Of a stretch of 64,000 nucleotides of DNA, positions 10,363 to 18,699 are shown in pieces. The stretch is from an uncultured Bacilli bacterium (lineage in GTDB: Bacteria > Bacillota_I > Bacilli_A > RF39 > UBA660). Position 1 is the first letter of the stretch; each line of letters opens with the position of its first letter. The position numbers and the translations under genes were made by a program. The notes under the pieces were generated by a model. It made no database searches. It had not been told where the DNA came from and saw nothing but the letters and a program-made list of their open reading frames with translations. The stretch is taken from NCBI GenBank assembly GCA_947629445.1, contig CANRDU010000002.1, positions 64,047 to 128,046 of the forward strand, written 5' to 3'.

Positions 10363-10779
10363 TTATTTGCTTTTTGGTTTTTTAGCGCCGTATTTAGAAC
10401 GTCCTTGACGACGATTCTCAACACCAGCTGTATCTAAAGTACCACGAATGATGTGATAACGAACACCGATAAGGTCCTTAACACGTCCACCACGAATCAT
10501 AACTACACTGTGTTCCTGTAAATTATGTCCTTCTCCTGGAATATAAGCAGTTACTTCCATTCCATTAGAAAGTCTAACACGGGCATACTTACGTAATGCT
10601 GAGTTTGGCTTCTTTGGTGTCATAGTACCAACACGAGTACATACACCACGTCTTTGTGGAGAATTTTGAGCAGTTTGCTTTTTATCTTTGCTGTTATATC
10701 CAATATTTAAAACTGGTGATTTACTCTTTCTTGTTTTCTTAGTTCTGTTCTTTCTAACTAATTGGTTTATAGTTGGCAT
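10363..10779 (-). CDS. rpsL: 30S ribosomal protein S12
   Basis: 138 aa, [10 protein letters not shown]...[10 protein letters not shown]. Confidence 0.97.
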   Translation of the reverse strand: MPTINQLVRKNRTKKTRKSKSPVLNIGYNSKDKKQTAQNSPQRRGVCTRVGTMTPKKPNSALRKYARVRLSNGMEVTAYIPGEGHNLQEHSVVMIRGGRVKDLIGVRYHIIRGTLDTAGVENRRQGRSKYGAKKPKSK

Positions 10780-10869
10780 AATTGTCTCCTTTCTTTACAC
10801 ACTCCCAGGTGTTTCATTTTTACCCTAATTAAAAATTTGCCAAGGCAAATTTCAATTAAATGCATAAAT

Positions 10870-10898
10870 AATATAACACGTTCTTGTAGGGTTGTCAA
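10870..10898 (-). promoter_or_regulatory. sigma-A promoter of the rpsL-rpsG-fusA(-tuf) operon
   Basis: Minus strand reads TTGACA (10898-10893), 17 nt, TATATT (10875-10870), giving a leader of about 85 nt to rpsL. Confidence 0.55.
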
Positions 10899-10932
10899 TG
10901 ATTTTTTTAAACGATTAAAAATTTTTACAAAC

Positions 10933-11073
10933 TTAAAACTCCGACTCATTTGTTTCGAATAAAAAGTTATCTTGATAATTCTTCTTAAAATCGTGAATCT
11001 CATATAATGCGAAGAAAAATACAAGCAATAAAATCACAAAGTATCTGGTGAATGATGGCACACCCCAATTCAT
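10933..11073 (-). CDS. candidate 46-aa single-TM small protein (not in ORF track)
   Basis: GGAGTGAT SD, 4 nt, then ATG 11073. Product MNWGVPSFTRYFVILLLVFFFALYEIHDFKKNYQDNFLFETNESEF. It starts 12 nt after the stop of the NrtR-like gene. No homology is recognised. Confidence 0.35.
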   Translation of the reverse strand: MNWGVPSFTRYFVILLLVFFFALYEIHDFKKNYQDNFLFETNESEF

Positions 11074-11084
11074 AACGATCACTC

Positions 11085-11729
11085 CTAAAACAATAATTTG
11101 TTTTCAATTTCCTCTTTGAAGCGATATAACTTTGCTGGTCTTCCATTAGTGCCAGGAGACTTATCCCCTGTTTCTTCAATCAAATCGGCTTTCACAAATT
11201 TCTTACGAAAATTTCTTCTATCTAAATCATGACCTAACACTTGTTCATACATCTTTTGAATTTCTGGAAGTGTAAAATCACTTGGGAAAATCTTTTTCAA
11301 GGTTAAGCTATGTCTAATTTTCATTTTAAGAGTTTCAATAGCACTTTCAATTACTTGTGCATGATCATACCCTACTTTTGGCAAATTATCAATTTCAAAC
11401 CAATCGACATTTTCAATATCATCATAAGTTTGATGCAACTCTACCGCACGGAAATCAATAATACTAATAAAAGATACACCAATTACTCTTTTATACGGAT
11501 TACGATTAATCGCACTAAAGGTATCACATTGTTCATAATCGAGTGCAGTAAGCCCTACTTTAGAAGATACACATTCCTCAACTGTTTCTTCTAAGGTCTT
11601 ATCTTTCTCAACCATGGCATTTGGTAACATCCAATAACCTTTATATGGTTCTGTTTTTTTACGAAACATTAACACTTTAAACTTGCCATCTACTATAGTA
11701 AATATGCTAGCTAGGGCTTCAATATTCAT
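11085..11729 (-). CDS. NrtR-like regulator (degenerate Nudix domain + C-terminal winged helix)
   Basis: 214 aa. The Nudix fold region is GYWMLPNAMVEKDKTLEETVEECVSSKVGL, with the REx2EE catalytic box degenerate. The C-terminus LPEIQKMYEQVLGHDLDRRNFRKKF...NGRPAKLYRF is typical of the NrtR wHTH. Confidence 0.6.
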   Translation of the reverse strand: MNIEALASIFTIVDGKFKVLMFRKKTEPYKGYWMLPNAMVEKDKTLEETVEECVSSKVGLTALDYEQCDTFSAINRNPYKRVIGVSFISIIDFRAVELHQTYDDIENVDWFEIDNLPKVGYDHAQVIESAIETLKMKIRHSLTLKKIFPSDFTLPEIQKMYEQVLGHDLDRRNFRKKFVKADLIEETGDKSPGTNGRPAKLYRFKEEIENKLLF

Positions 11730-11755
11730 AAAATCTCTTCCTCTTCAACACCAAC

Positions 11756-11784
11756 ATTATATAGGAATGGCCATAAATTGTCAA
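11756..11784 (-). promoter_or_regulatory. sigma-A promoter for the NrtR-like gene
   Basis: Minus strand reads TTGACA, 17 nt, TATAAT. The spacer contains the palindrome ATGGCCAT. Confidence 0.55.
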
Positions 11785-11797
11785 ATAATGGATACTT

Positions 11798-12298
11798 TTA
11801 AGAATTCTCCTTTAAGTATTTTTTTACTTTTTCTCTTAAAGGATTATAGTCATCACGTAATATTTCTCTTCGAAAAACTAAACCTATTTTATCCCGCTTC
11901 GTAGCTAAGAAAAAATAATTTTTACGGAACTTAGAATAGGAAATCTCTTTCCATTCATAACTAATCTTTTCATCACCAATGATAGATACAATTTTATTCT
12001 TATCAATCTCAATGCGATAAGTTCCGTAAGCTTTAGAAGTTTTTTTATCATTTCGACGTAGTTTTACAAAAACATATATCTTCGTGGCAACCCATAATAG
12101 CACAATTAATAAAAGAACATAAATAGCAAACCCTAGTAGAAGAACTGTCTTATCTACAAAAATATCGGAATAGGCATAATAAGTAATATAATAGAAAAAG
12201 TAAATACCTAGCACTAACAATATAATATTCGGTATTCTTCTTTGTTTATGCAAATACTTTTTTAAGTCATTACGACTCCAGTTACATTCTATCTTCAT
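11798..12298 (-). CDS. YcxB-like membrane protein (two TM + C-terminal domain)
   Basis: 166 aa with two hydrophobic helices followed by a soluble domain. SD gaggatg. The family assignment is tentative. Confidence 0.45.
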   Translation of the reverse strand: MKIECNWSRNDLKKYLHKQRRIPNIILLVLGIYFFYYITYYAYSDIFVDKTVLLLGFAIYVLLLIVLLWVATKIYVFVKLRRNDKKTSKAYGTYRIEIDKNKIVSIIGDEKISYEWKEISYSKFRKNYFFLATKRDKIGLVFRREILRDDYNPLREKVKKYLKENS

Positions 12299-12345
12299 AA
12301 TTCATCCTCTACATAAATTTTATCTAGTTCCTTTATTTTTGTCAA

Positions 12346-12369
12346 CAAAAAAGAAGTAATACTACTTCT
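12346..12369 (-). terminator. intrinsic terminator at the end of uvrA
   Basis: Transcript AGAAGTA-gtat-TACTTCT followed by TTTTTTG. The stem overlaps the uvrA stop. Confidence 0.55.
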
Positions 12370-15172
12370 TTAACATATTTTTTAAAAACTGACCGGTATA
12401 ACTTTCTTTTACTTTAGCGACCTGTTCTGGAGTACCCGTTGCGACAACGGTTCCGCCTAAATCTCCCCCTTCTGGTCCTAAATCAATAATGTAATCGGCA
12501 ACCTTAATAACATCTAGATTATGTTCAATGACAATAACCGTATCCCCATTATCCACAATGCGTTCTAGGATGACTAATAATTTCTTAATATCATCAGAAT
12601 GTAATCCTGTCGTCGGTTCATCTAGAATAAAAACGCTCTTTCCAGTTGGTTTTTTCTGCAATTCTTTAGCAAGTTTTACTCTACCTGCTTCTCCACCACT
12701 CAATGTTGGAGCACTTTGACCTAATTTAATATAAGAAAGACCAACATCACACAACATTTGTAACTTCGATTTTATCTTTGGAAAATTTTCAAAAAAAGTA
12801 AGGGCTTCTTCTACCCGCATCTCTAACACATCATAAATGCTCTTTCCTTTATATTTAATTTGCAAAGTTTCACTATTGTAACGAGTTCCTCCACAGACTT
12901 CACAAGGAACGTAAACATCTGGCAAAAAATGCATTTCAATTCTTTTAACACCGTCTCCCCAGCAAGCTTCACATCGGCCACCCTTGACATTGAAAGAGAA
13001 ACGACTTTTATCATATCCACGCATTTTCGCTTCTTTCGTTTGAGTAAAGACATCTCGAATATCATCAAAAACACCAGTATAAGTAGCAGGATTACTCCGT
13101 GGTGTTCTACCAATAGGAGCTTGACTAATATCGACAACCTTATCGACATACTCTAATCCTTTTACACTTTTATGCATTCCCGGTTTTTCTTTTCCTTTAT
13201 ATATTTTATTAAATAGTAACCGATATAAAATTTGATTTACTAAAGTACTTTTTCCACTTCCTGATACACCAGTAACACAAGTGAAAGTACCGAGAGGAAA
13301 TTTCACATTTAAATTTTGAAGATTGTTTTCTTTCGCTCCCTTAATTTCAATGTATTTTCCATTTCCTTTTCTTCTTTTCGTTGGCACCTCTATTTTTTCA
13401 ATACCAGCTAAGTAACGTCCCGTTAAACTATCTGGATTCTTCATTACTTCTTCAGGTGTTCCTGCTGCCACTATTTTACCACCATGTAATCCTGCACCCG
13501 GTCCAATATCCACTAAATAATCGCAAGCTAACATGGTATCCGTATCATGCTCTACCACGATTAAAGTATTTCCTAAATCACGCATTTCTAGTAAAGAACG
13601 AATTAACATTTCATTATCTCTTTGATGTAACCCAATACTTGGTTCATCTAATACATAAAGTACTCCCGTTAAGTGAGAACCAATCTGAGTCGCTAACCGA
13701 ATACGTTGAGCTTCTCCACCACTTAAAGTTCCCGCACTTCTACTTAAGGTTAAATATTCAATCCCTACATTAATCAAAAAATGGAGGCGATCTTTAATCT
13801 CCTTAATAATCAATCTAGATATTTCTTCTTTTTCTTTTGACAACTTTAAGTTTAAGAAAAATTGATACATATCCCGAATACTCATTTGAGTGAGTTCATA
13901 AATATTTTTCTTACCTACTTTTACAGCAAGAACGAAGTCATCCAACCTAGAGCCATGACAAGTAGGACACTCTGATTCCGTCATATACTGTTCTATCCAA
14001 TCACGGATCCATCCACTTTTGGTCTCCATGTACCTACGTTCTAGATTATTGATAATTCCTTCAAAATAATCGGTTGTATTTCTAGTATTTCCATTATTAG
14101 AAACATAATTAAACTCAAGAGGCGTATCGCTTCCATAAAGAAGGATATCCAACTCTTGTTTTGTCAATTTCGATACTGGTTTATTTAAATCAATATGATA
14201 GTGCTTGGCAACAGCAAGTAATTGGGTACGATTAATAGAGGCATCCAAACTATACGGAACAATCGCTCCTTCTAATATACTCTTACTACGGTCAGGTATT
14301 ACCAAATCTACATCGATTTTTAATTTAACACCCAACCCATTACAATCTTTACAAGCACCATAAGGAGCATTAAATGAAAACATCCTAGGTTCGAGTTCAG
14401 GAATAGAAAAATCGCATTCTGGGCAAGCATACTGTTCACTCATGACAATTTCTTCTCCACCGATAACATCAATAACTACTTTTCCTCTTGATTCACGAGA
14501 AGCAGTTTCAATAGCCTCATATAAACGGCTTCTAATCTCTTCCTTCATGATTAATCTATCAACAATAATCTCAACAGAATGTTTTTTATTTTTATCCAAA
14601 ATAATTTCCTCTGCTAGGTCATATTCTGTACCATCAATACGTACTCTCGCATAACCATTTTTGCGAAGATTATCTAGTAAATCCTTCTGTGTTCCTTTCT
14701 CACCATATACAACCGGGCTTAGAACACGAATTTTCGTTCCGAGTGGTAATCTCAAAATTTGATTCGTCATCTCTTCGATACTTTGACTAGTAATAGGTTT
14801 TCCATGAATTGGACAATACGGAACACCAATTCTAGCATAAAGAAGCCTTAAATAATCATAAATTTCCGTTACTGTTCCGACTGTACTTCTAGGATTCTTA
14901 TTCGTTGTCTTTTGGTCAATACTAATAGCAGGACTTAACCCCTCAATTAAATCGACATCCGGTTTCTCTGTTCCACCTAAAAATTGTCTAGCGTAAGCAC
15001 TTAAAGACTCTACATAGCGTCTTTGTCCCTCTGCATAAATCGTATCGAAGGCTAAACTACTCTTACCACTTCCTGATACTCCTGTCATAACAATTAATTT
15101 GTTTTTTGGCAGTTCAATATTTACATTTTGAAGATTATTTTCACGTGCTCCTTTTACAATAATCTTATCCAT
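12362..15172 (-). CDS. uvrA: excinuclease ABC subunit A
   Basis: MDKIIVKGARENNLQNVNIELPKNKLIVMTGVSGSGKSSLAFDTIYAEGQRRY, with two ABC modules and zinc fingers. The track start 15181 is a GTG inside the SD AGGTGA; ATG 15172 is preferred. Confidence 0.97.
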   Translation of the reverse strand: MDKIIVKGARENNLQNVNIELPKNKLIVMTGVSGSGKSSLAFDTIYAEGQRRYVESLSAYARQFLGGTEKPDVDLIEGLSPAISIDQKTTNKNPRSTVGTVTEIYDYLRLLYARIGVPYCPIHGKPITSQSIEEMTNQILRLPLGTKIRVLSPVVYGEKGTQKDLLDNLRKNGYARVRIDGTEYDLAEEIILDKNKKHSVEIIVDRLIMKEEIRSRLYEAIETASRESRGKVVIDVIGGEEIVMSEQYACPECDFSIPELEPRMFSFNAPYGACKDCNGLGVKLKIDVDLVIPDRSKSILEGAIVPYSLDASINRTQLLAVAKHYHIDLNKPVSKLTKQELDILLYGSDTPLEFNYVSNNGNTRNTTDYFEGIINNLERRYMETKSGWIRDWIEQYMTESECPTCHGSRLDDFVLAVKVGKKNIYELTQMSIRDMYQFFLNLKLSKEKEEISRLIIKEIKDRLHFLINVGIEYLTLSRSAGTLSGGEAQRIRLATQIGSHLTGVLYVLDEPSIGLHQRDNEMLIRSLLEMRDLGNTLIVVEHDTDTMLACDYLVDIGPGAGLHGGKIVAAGTPEEVMKNPDSLTGRYLAGIEKIEVPTKRRKGNGKYIEIKGAKENNLQNLNVKFPLGTFTCVTGVSGSGKSTLVNQILYRLLFNKIYKGKEKPGMHKSVKGLEYVDKVVDISQAPIGRTPRSNPATYTGVFDDIRDVFTQTKEAKMRGYDKSRFSFNVKGGRCEACWGDGVKRIEMHFLPDVYVPCEVCGGTRYNSETLQIKYKGKSIYDVLEMRVEEALTFFENFPKIKSKLQMLCDVGLSYIKLGQSAPTLSGGEAGRVKLAKELQKKPTGKSVFILDEPTTGLHSDDIKKLLVILERIVDNGDTVIVIEHNLDVIKVADYIIDLGPEGGDLGGTVVATGTPEQVAKVKESYTGQFLKNMLKK

Positions 15173-15209
15173 AATAATCACCTACCATAGTTTTCCACTC
15201 ACGATTAAT

Positions 15210-15238
15210 AGTATACAAGAAATACATTTGTTCGTCAA
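15210..15238 (-). promoter_or_regulatory. uvrA promoter with an overlapping LexA(Cheo)-like half-degenerate box
   Basis: Minus strand reads TTGACG (15238-15233), 17 nt, TATACT (15215-15210). CGAACAAATGTATT (15234-15221) overlaps the -35 and spacer. The left half matches the Firmicute CGAAC-N4-GTTCG box; the right half is degenerate. Confidence 0.4.
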
Positions 15239-15243
15239 TAATT

Positions 15244-15276
15244 TTCAAAAAAACATTTGTAATTTTTACAAATGTT
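15244..15276 (-). terminator. intrinsic terminator upstream of uvrA
   Basis: Transcript AACATTTGTAA-aaa-TTACAAATGTT (perfect 11-bp stem) followed by T7. It overlaps the stop of the 142-aa gene. Confidence 0.75.
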
Positions 15277-15703
15277 AAAAATTTCGATTTTGTCCCATAA
15301 ACGGATTTTGATTATGAGAAATAGGCGGTGCGACCGGATTTCTAACGGCATGTTGCTTCCCTAGATTCATTCCTAAATTTTGAGGAGTTTCTAAATGCGA
15401 CATCTCATTCAAATTCTTAGTGAGTGTAGATGGTTTGGAAAACTCCTGACCCGATTCAGGTTTTAACGAAAAGTCCTTAGATTCATCTTTTCTTACTTGT
15501 TTCATAGGAAGAGGAACCGCTCCAATTCCTTCTTCTCGTGAAATAGCACTAGATGAAGGATCGATAGAACTGATTTGTTCTTTCATTTTCTTTAAAGCTT
15601 CTTCTTTTTCCTTCTTCTCTTTTTCTTGTTTTCGAGCTAAAGATGCTAATTCATTACCTAATTTTACATATTCCTGCCTAGTTTCCCAGTGATCTTCAAT
15701 CAT
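15275..15703 (-). CDS. hypothetical, low-complexity/coiled-coil protein (142 aa)
   Basis: Start refined to ATG 15703 (MIEDHWETRQEY): AGGAGA SD 10 nt upstream and an ATGA overlap with the upstream stop. The track start 15748 lies inside the upstream gene. Rich in K/E and then P/N/Q. No family recognised. Confidence 0.6.
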   Translation of the reverse strand: MIEDHWETRQEYVKLGNELASLARKQEKEKKEKEEALKKMKEQISSIDPSSSAISREEGIGAVPLPMKQVRKDESKDFSLKPESGQEFSKPSTLTKNLNEMSHLETPQNLGMNLGKQHAVRNPVAPPISHNQNPFMGQNRNF

Positions 15704-16947
15704 TTTGTCCATTCTCCTTTTACAAAGCAGTAATCTTGATACGAACAATTATTTCTAGAGAAAGTATACTGATAAGTTTTCACCGTATCTTTTCCAGATT
15801 CCAAATACTTCGTAAATGCAGTATTCAACTCTTGTTGATAATTATTAGATGTTAAACTACCTGTAGCAAGAACATTGGTCATCTCAGCATCACTATATAA
15901 TGTATAATTTCCATTACTACCGTTAACGTGTGCGAAAGCTACATAATAACGAGCATAAATCGTCGTATTATTTTCAATTCCTTCCGCATCATAAATACTA
16001 CTTACATCATAATACAAATCGTTTTTCTTAGTTTGATTACTACAAGAACCATAATAAATGTAGCGATTATTTCTCTTATCATATTTCCAAGTTCCTACAT
16101 AAGAAGTATCTTTATTGGTAACGGGAACACTAAAATCGGCATGTTTATACTCTGTTTCTGTCGTAAATAAGTTATTAATTCTCGCATCAATATATTTAGC
16201 ATTAAATGTTTTATGTTGAGTAGCTGATCCACAGAAAGTACCATTGTAACTTCCTACATAATCAGCAATATTTCCATTATATACATGTATAAAGGCATTA
16301 TACAAAATATCGTTATTAGAAAACTCTGACATCGTAACACTACTTCTATTGTAATAAGAAATCTTATCGTATGGCGTATTTCTCATAATTGGATAAGTAA
16401 ATGTCGTTAATTCCTTACTCTCAAGGGTAATTGGATCATACGTTTGCTCATTAGAATTACTAGTAGTATTCGTATTACTTTGTGGTTTTGGAACATTTCG
16501 TTGAAGTCTCCACTCTGATAAGAAACTATCAATTTTTGGAAAAAAGAAAACCGCAATGATAAGTAACACTCCTGCTACACATAGAACAACGAGTGTCGCA
16601 GTACTATTTCCACCTTCAGGGGCCTTTGGAAGTTCTATTTTAGATGGTAATTTATCTTGTTTCTCTGGCAACTTCTTTCCTTTATAAGTTCCTGCTAAAG
16701 GTTGAATAGCATCATCTTTGTAAGAGGCAGAATGAATTTCACTCTTTGGCATCATTACTTTTTTTTCTTCAGAAGCTTCCTCTTTTTTGAAACTATCCAC
16801 ACTTTTCTTATTTTCTACCATGTTTTTAGAATCTACATTATCAGATTTTAATTCATCTAACAACTCTGCCATGATTTCTTTTTTTAATCTGGCTTTCATT
16901 TCTTCTTCTGTTTCAACAGGGGTTTGTTTTTCCTTTTTTTCTTCCAT
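15700..16947 (-). CDS. hypothetical single-pass membrane protein with an N/Y/T-rich extracellular domain
   Basis: 415 aa with an acidic K/E-rich N-terminus, a TM segment ATLVVLCVAGVLLIIAVFFF and a C-terminal domain of about 270 aa. SD gaggagg. No family recognised. Confidence 0.6.
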   Translation of the reverse strand: MEEKKEKQTPVETEEEMKARLKKEIMAELLDELKSDNVDSKNMVENKKSVDSFKKEEASEEKKVMMPKSEIHSASYKDDAIQPLAGTYKGKKLPEKQDKLPSKIELPKAPEGGNSTATLVVLCVAGVLLIIAVFFFPKIDSFLSEWRLQRNVPKPQSNTNTTSNSNEQTYDPITLESKELTTFTYPIMRNTPYDKISYYNRSSVTMSEFSNNDILYNAFIHVYNGNIADYVGSYNGTFCGSATQHKTFNAKYIDARINNLFTTETEYKHADFSVPVTNKDTSYVGTWKYDKRNNRYIYYGSCSNQTKKNDLYYDVSSIYDAEGIENNTTIYARYYVAFAHVNGSNGNYTLYSDAEMTNVLATGSLTSNNYQQELNTAFTKYLESGKDTVKTYQYTFSRNNCSYQDYCFVKGEWTK

Positions 16948-16956
16948 AAATCCTCC

Positions 16957-17949
16957 TCATATAAATGATTTTCTCGTATAAACCTCTACCCCGGGATATA
17001 CATATACAATGAAATTTCCTGGTTTCATCACTTTGAAAAATCCTAATCCATTGATGACAACATCCTCTTTAGAATGTACGGTAATTTCTCTTTTCGTGAA
17101 AGAGGATTCCTCCTCACAAGTTTTCCAAGACCGCTTCACTTCTAACTGATTAGAGATATAAAATACCAAATTATTTTCTGTTTCACAATCTATTCTTGCA
17201 TACTTATCAATAAATATACTTTGTCGTTCTTTTATTTGATAAGAAAGTGGTCGAATTTCTTTTTTAGGATAAATTCTTTTTATTTCATCACCATCTACTA
17301 ACTCTATCAAATTTCCAGTATTTAAAAATCCTGGAGTATCTATCAAAGTTAACTGATTAGAAATGACAATTTCTATCTTTTCCATCGTCGTGTTTGGTAA
17401 CATACTCGTTGTAATCTCTGGAGACTTCTCTGTATAATTCTCAATAATTTTATTAATCAAAGTAGATTTTCCAGCATTGGTATATCCAATGACATATACA
17501 GAGCTACTAGTTTGATATTTCGAAATCTTTTCCATTAACTCATCTAAGTGATAATTCCTAGAAGAACTAATCATAATGGTATCTACAATGTTAGGAGATA
17601 TATCTTGAAAATAATTTTTTAATCTTTCTTCATAAAGAGAAGATGGTAATAAATCCCTTTTTGTCAGTACTAACAAAAGCGGATTTTGATGTAAAGAACT
17701 ATTTAAAAAAGAGAAATCCTGAGGTATTGAAAGAACATCTACTACCAATATTACCAAACTATTTGTATCGCCAATCTCTTTAAGAATAGGTGCAAAATCT
17801 TCTATTTTTTTTTCTACCTTTTGATAATCATTATAGTGTTGAATGCGAAAGCATCTTTCGCAAAAGGAATGATCAAGAGACTTTACGTAGCCATCTTTCA
17901 TTCGATCTTCTGTTTGTAGAACTGCTCCACAACCACGACACTTATTCAT
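16957..17949 (-). CDS. yqeH: ribosome biogenesis GTPase YqeH
   Basis: N-terminal CRGCGAVLQ...CERCFR zinc knuckle and a circularly permuted GTPase (LTKRDLL ... GYTNAGKSTLIN ... DTPG). Confidence 0.85.
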   Translation of the reverse strand: MNKCRGCGAVLQTEDRMKDGYVKSLDHSFCERCFRIQHYNDYQKVEKKIEDFAPILKEIGDTNSLVILVVDVLSIPQDFSFLNSSLHQNPLLLVLTKRDLLPSSLYEERLKNYFQDISPNIVDTIMISSSRNYHLDELMEKISKYQTSSSVYVIGYTNAGKSTLINKIIENYTEKSPEITTSMLPNTTMEKIEIVISNQLTLIDTPGFLNTGNLIELVDGDEIKRIYPKKEIRPLSYQIKERQSIFIDKYARIDCETENNLVFYISNQLEVKRSWKTCEEESSFTKREITVHSKEDVVINGLGFFKVMKPGNFIVYVYPGVEVYTRKSFI

Positions 17950-18463
17950 AGAATCTTCCTCTTGTGAATAAGTCTTTATCTCTTAATTTTTTCACAATCC
18001 TTTTTTCATACTTTCTCTTTAACCAAGCAAGCGGATATTCCTTTTTCGAGAGTCGATTCACTAAAATAGTAGTAATTCCAACTCCGTTACCTCCAGCAAT
18101 ATCATCTATCATAGAATCCCCAATAATCGCAACTTCACTAAAATTATATTTATAAATTTTAATGACAGATAAAAACTTTTTGGGAGATGGCTTTCTTGCA
18201 CAAGAACAACAATCAACTTCTAATTCATCTTTAAAAGGATTTACCCGCATTTTAGGACTATTCGTAAAAATGATAATTTTAAATCCTTTTCTTTTCAATT
18301 TTTTAAATAACTTTTTTACTTTCTCATTTGGTTTCTTTTCACGTAAAGGTGCAATCGTATTGTCCAAATCAAACAATAAGCACTTTATTCCTCTAGAAAG
18401 TAAAGTATCATAATTAATTGTGTAAATGCTTTTTTGATAAATATCTGGAACATATTTTTCCAT
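17942..18463 (-). CDS. yqeG: YqeG-family HAD-IIIA phosphatase
   Basis: LLFDLDNTI, FTNS and IGDSMIDDIAGGN. ATG 18463 follows SD AAGGAGAGG; the track start 18469 is GTG. Bacillus-like yqeG-yqeH order. Confidence 0.8.
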   Translation of the reverse strand: MEKYVPDIYQKSIYTINYDTLLSRGIKCLLFDLDNTIAPLREKKPNEKVKKLFKKLKRKGFKIIIFTNSPKMRVNPFKDELEVDCCSCARKPSPKKFLSVIKIYKYNFSEVAIIGDSMIDDIAGGNGVGITTILVNRLSKKEYPLAWLKRKYEKRIVKKLRDKDLFTRGRFYE

Positions 18464-18525
18464 GGGCACCTCTCCTTATGCTTACAGCCATTTTACCACA
18501 AATCCCCTTTTTTATCAATGATTTA

Positions 18526-18561
18526 CAAAAAAAAGAGAAACAAATTTGTTTCTCCTTTTTT
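18526..18561 (-). terminator. bidirectional-type hairpin terminator
   Basis: GAGAAACAAATTTGTTTCTC is a perfect palindrome flanked by an A-run and a T-run, downstream of the CapA-like gene. Confidence 0.55.
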
Positions 18562-18699
18562 CAATCGTTTAAAGTTAGAAAAATTTTTTCAATAACCTTT
18601 TATGCTTCTTTAGGAAAGACAATCATTATGCAAATAAATGTGAAAGAAAAGTAAATGTCAACAAAATGTTTCATCATATAAGATTTTTCAACAATTATA

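Noticed and set aside
18600-18690. 25-codon hydrophobic ORF (MMKHFVDIYFSFTFICIMIVFPKEA) downstream of the CapA-like gene.
   Set aside because: It has no SD and its composition is typical of random AT-rich sequence. It lies in a 3' UTR before the terminator.
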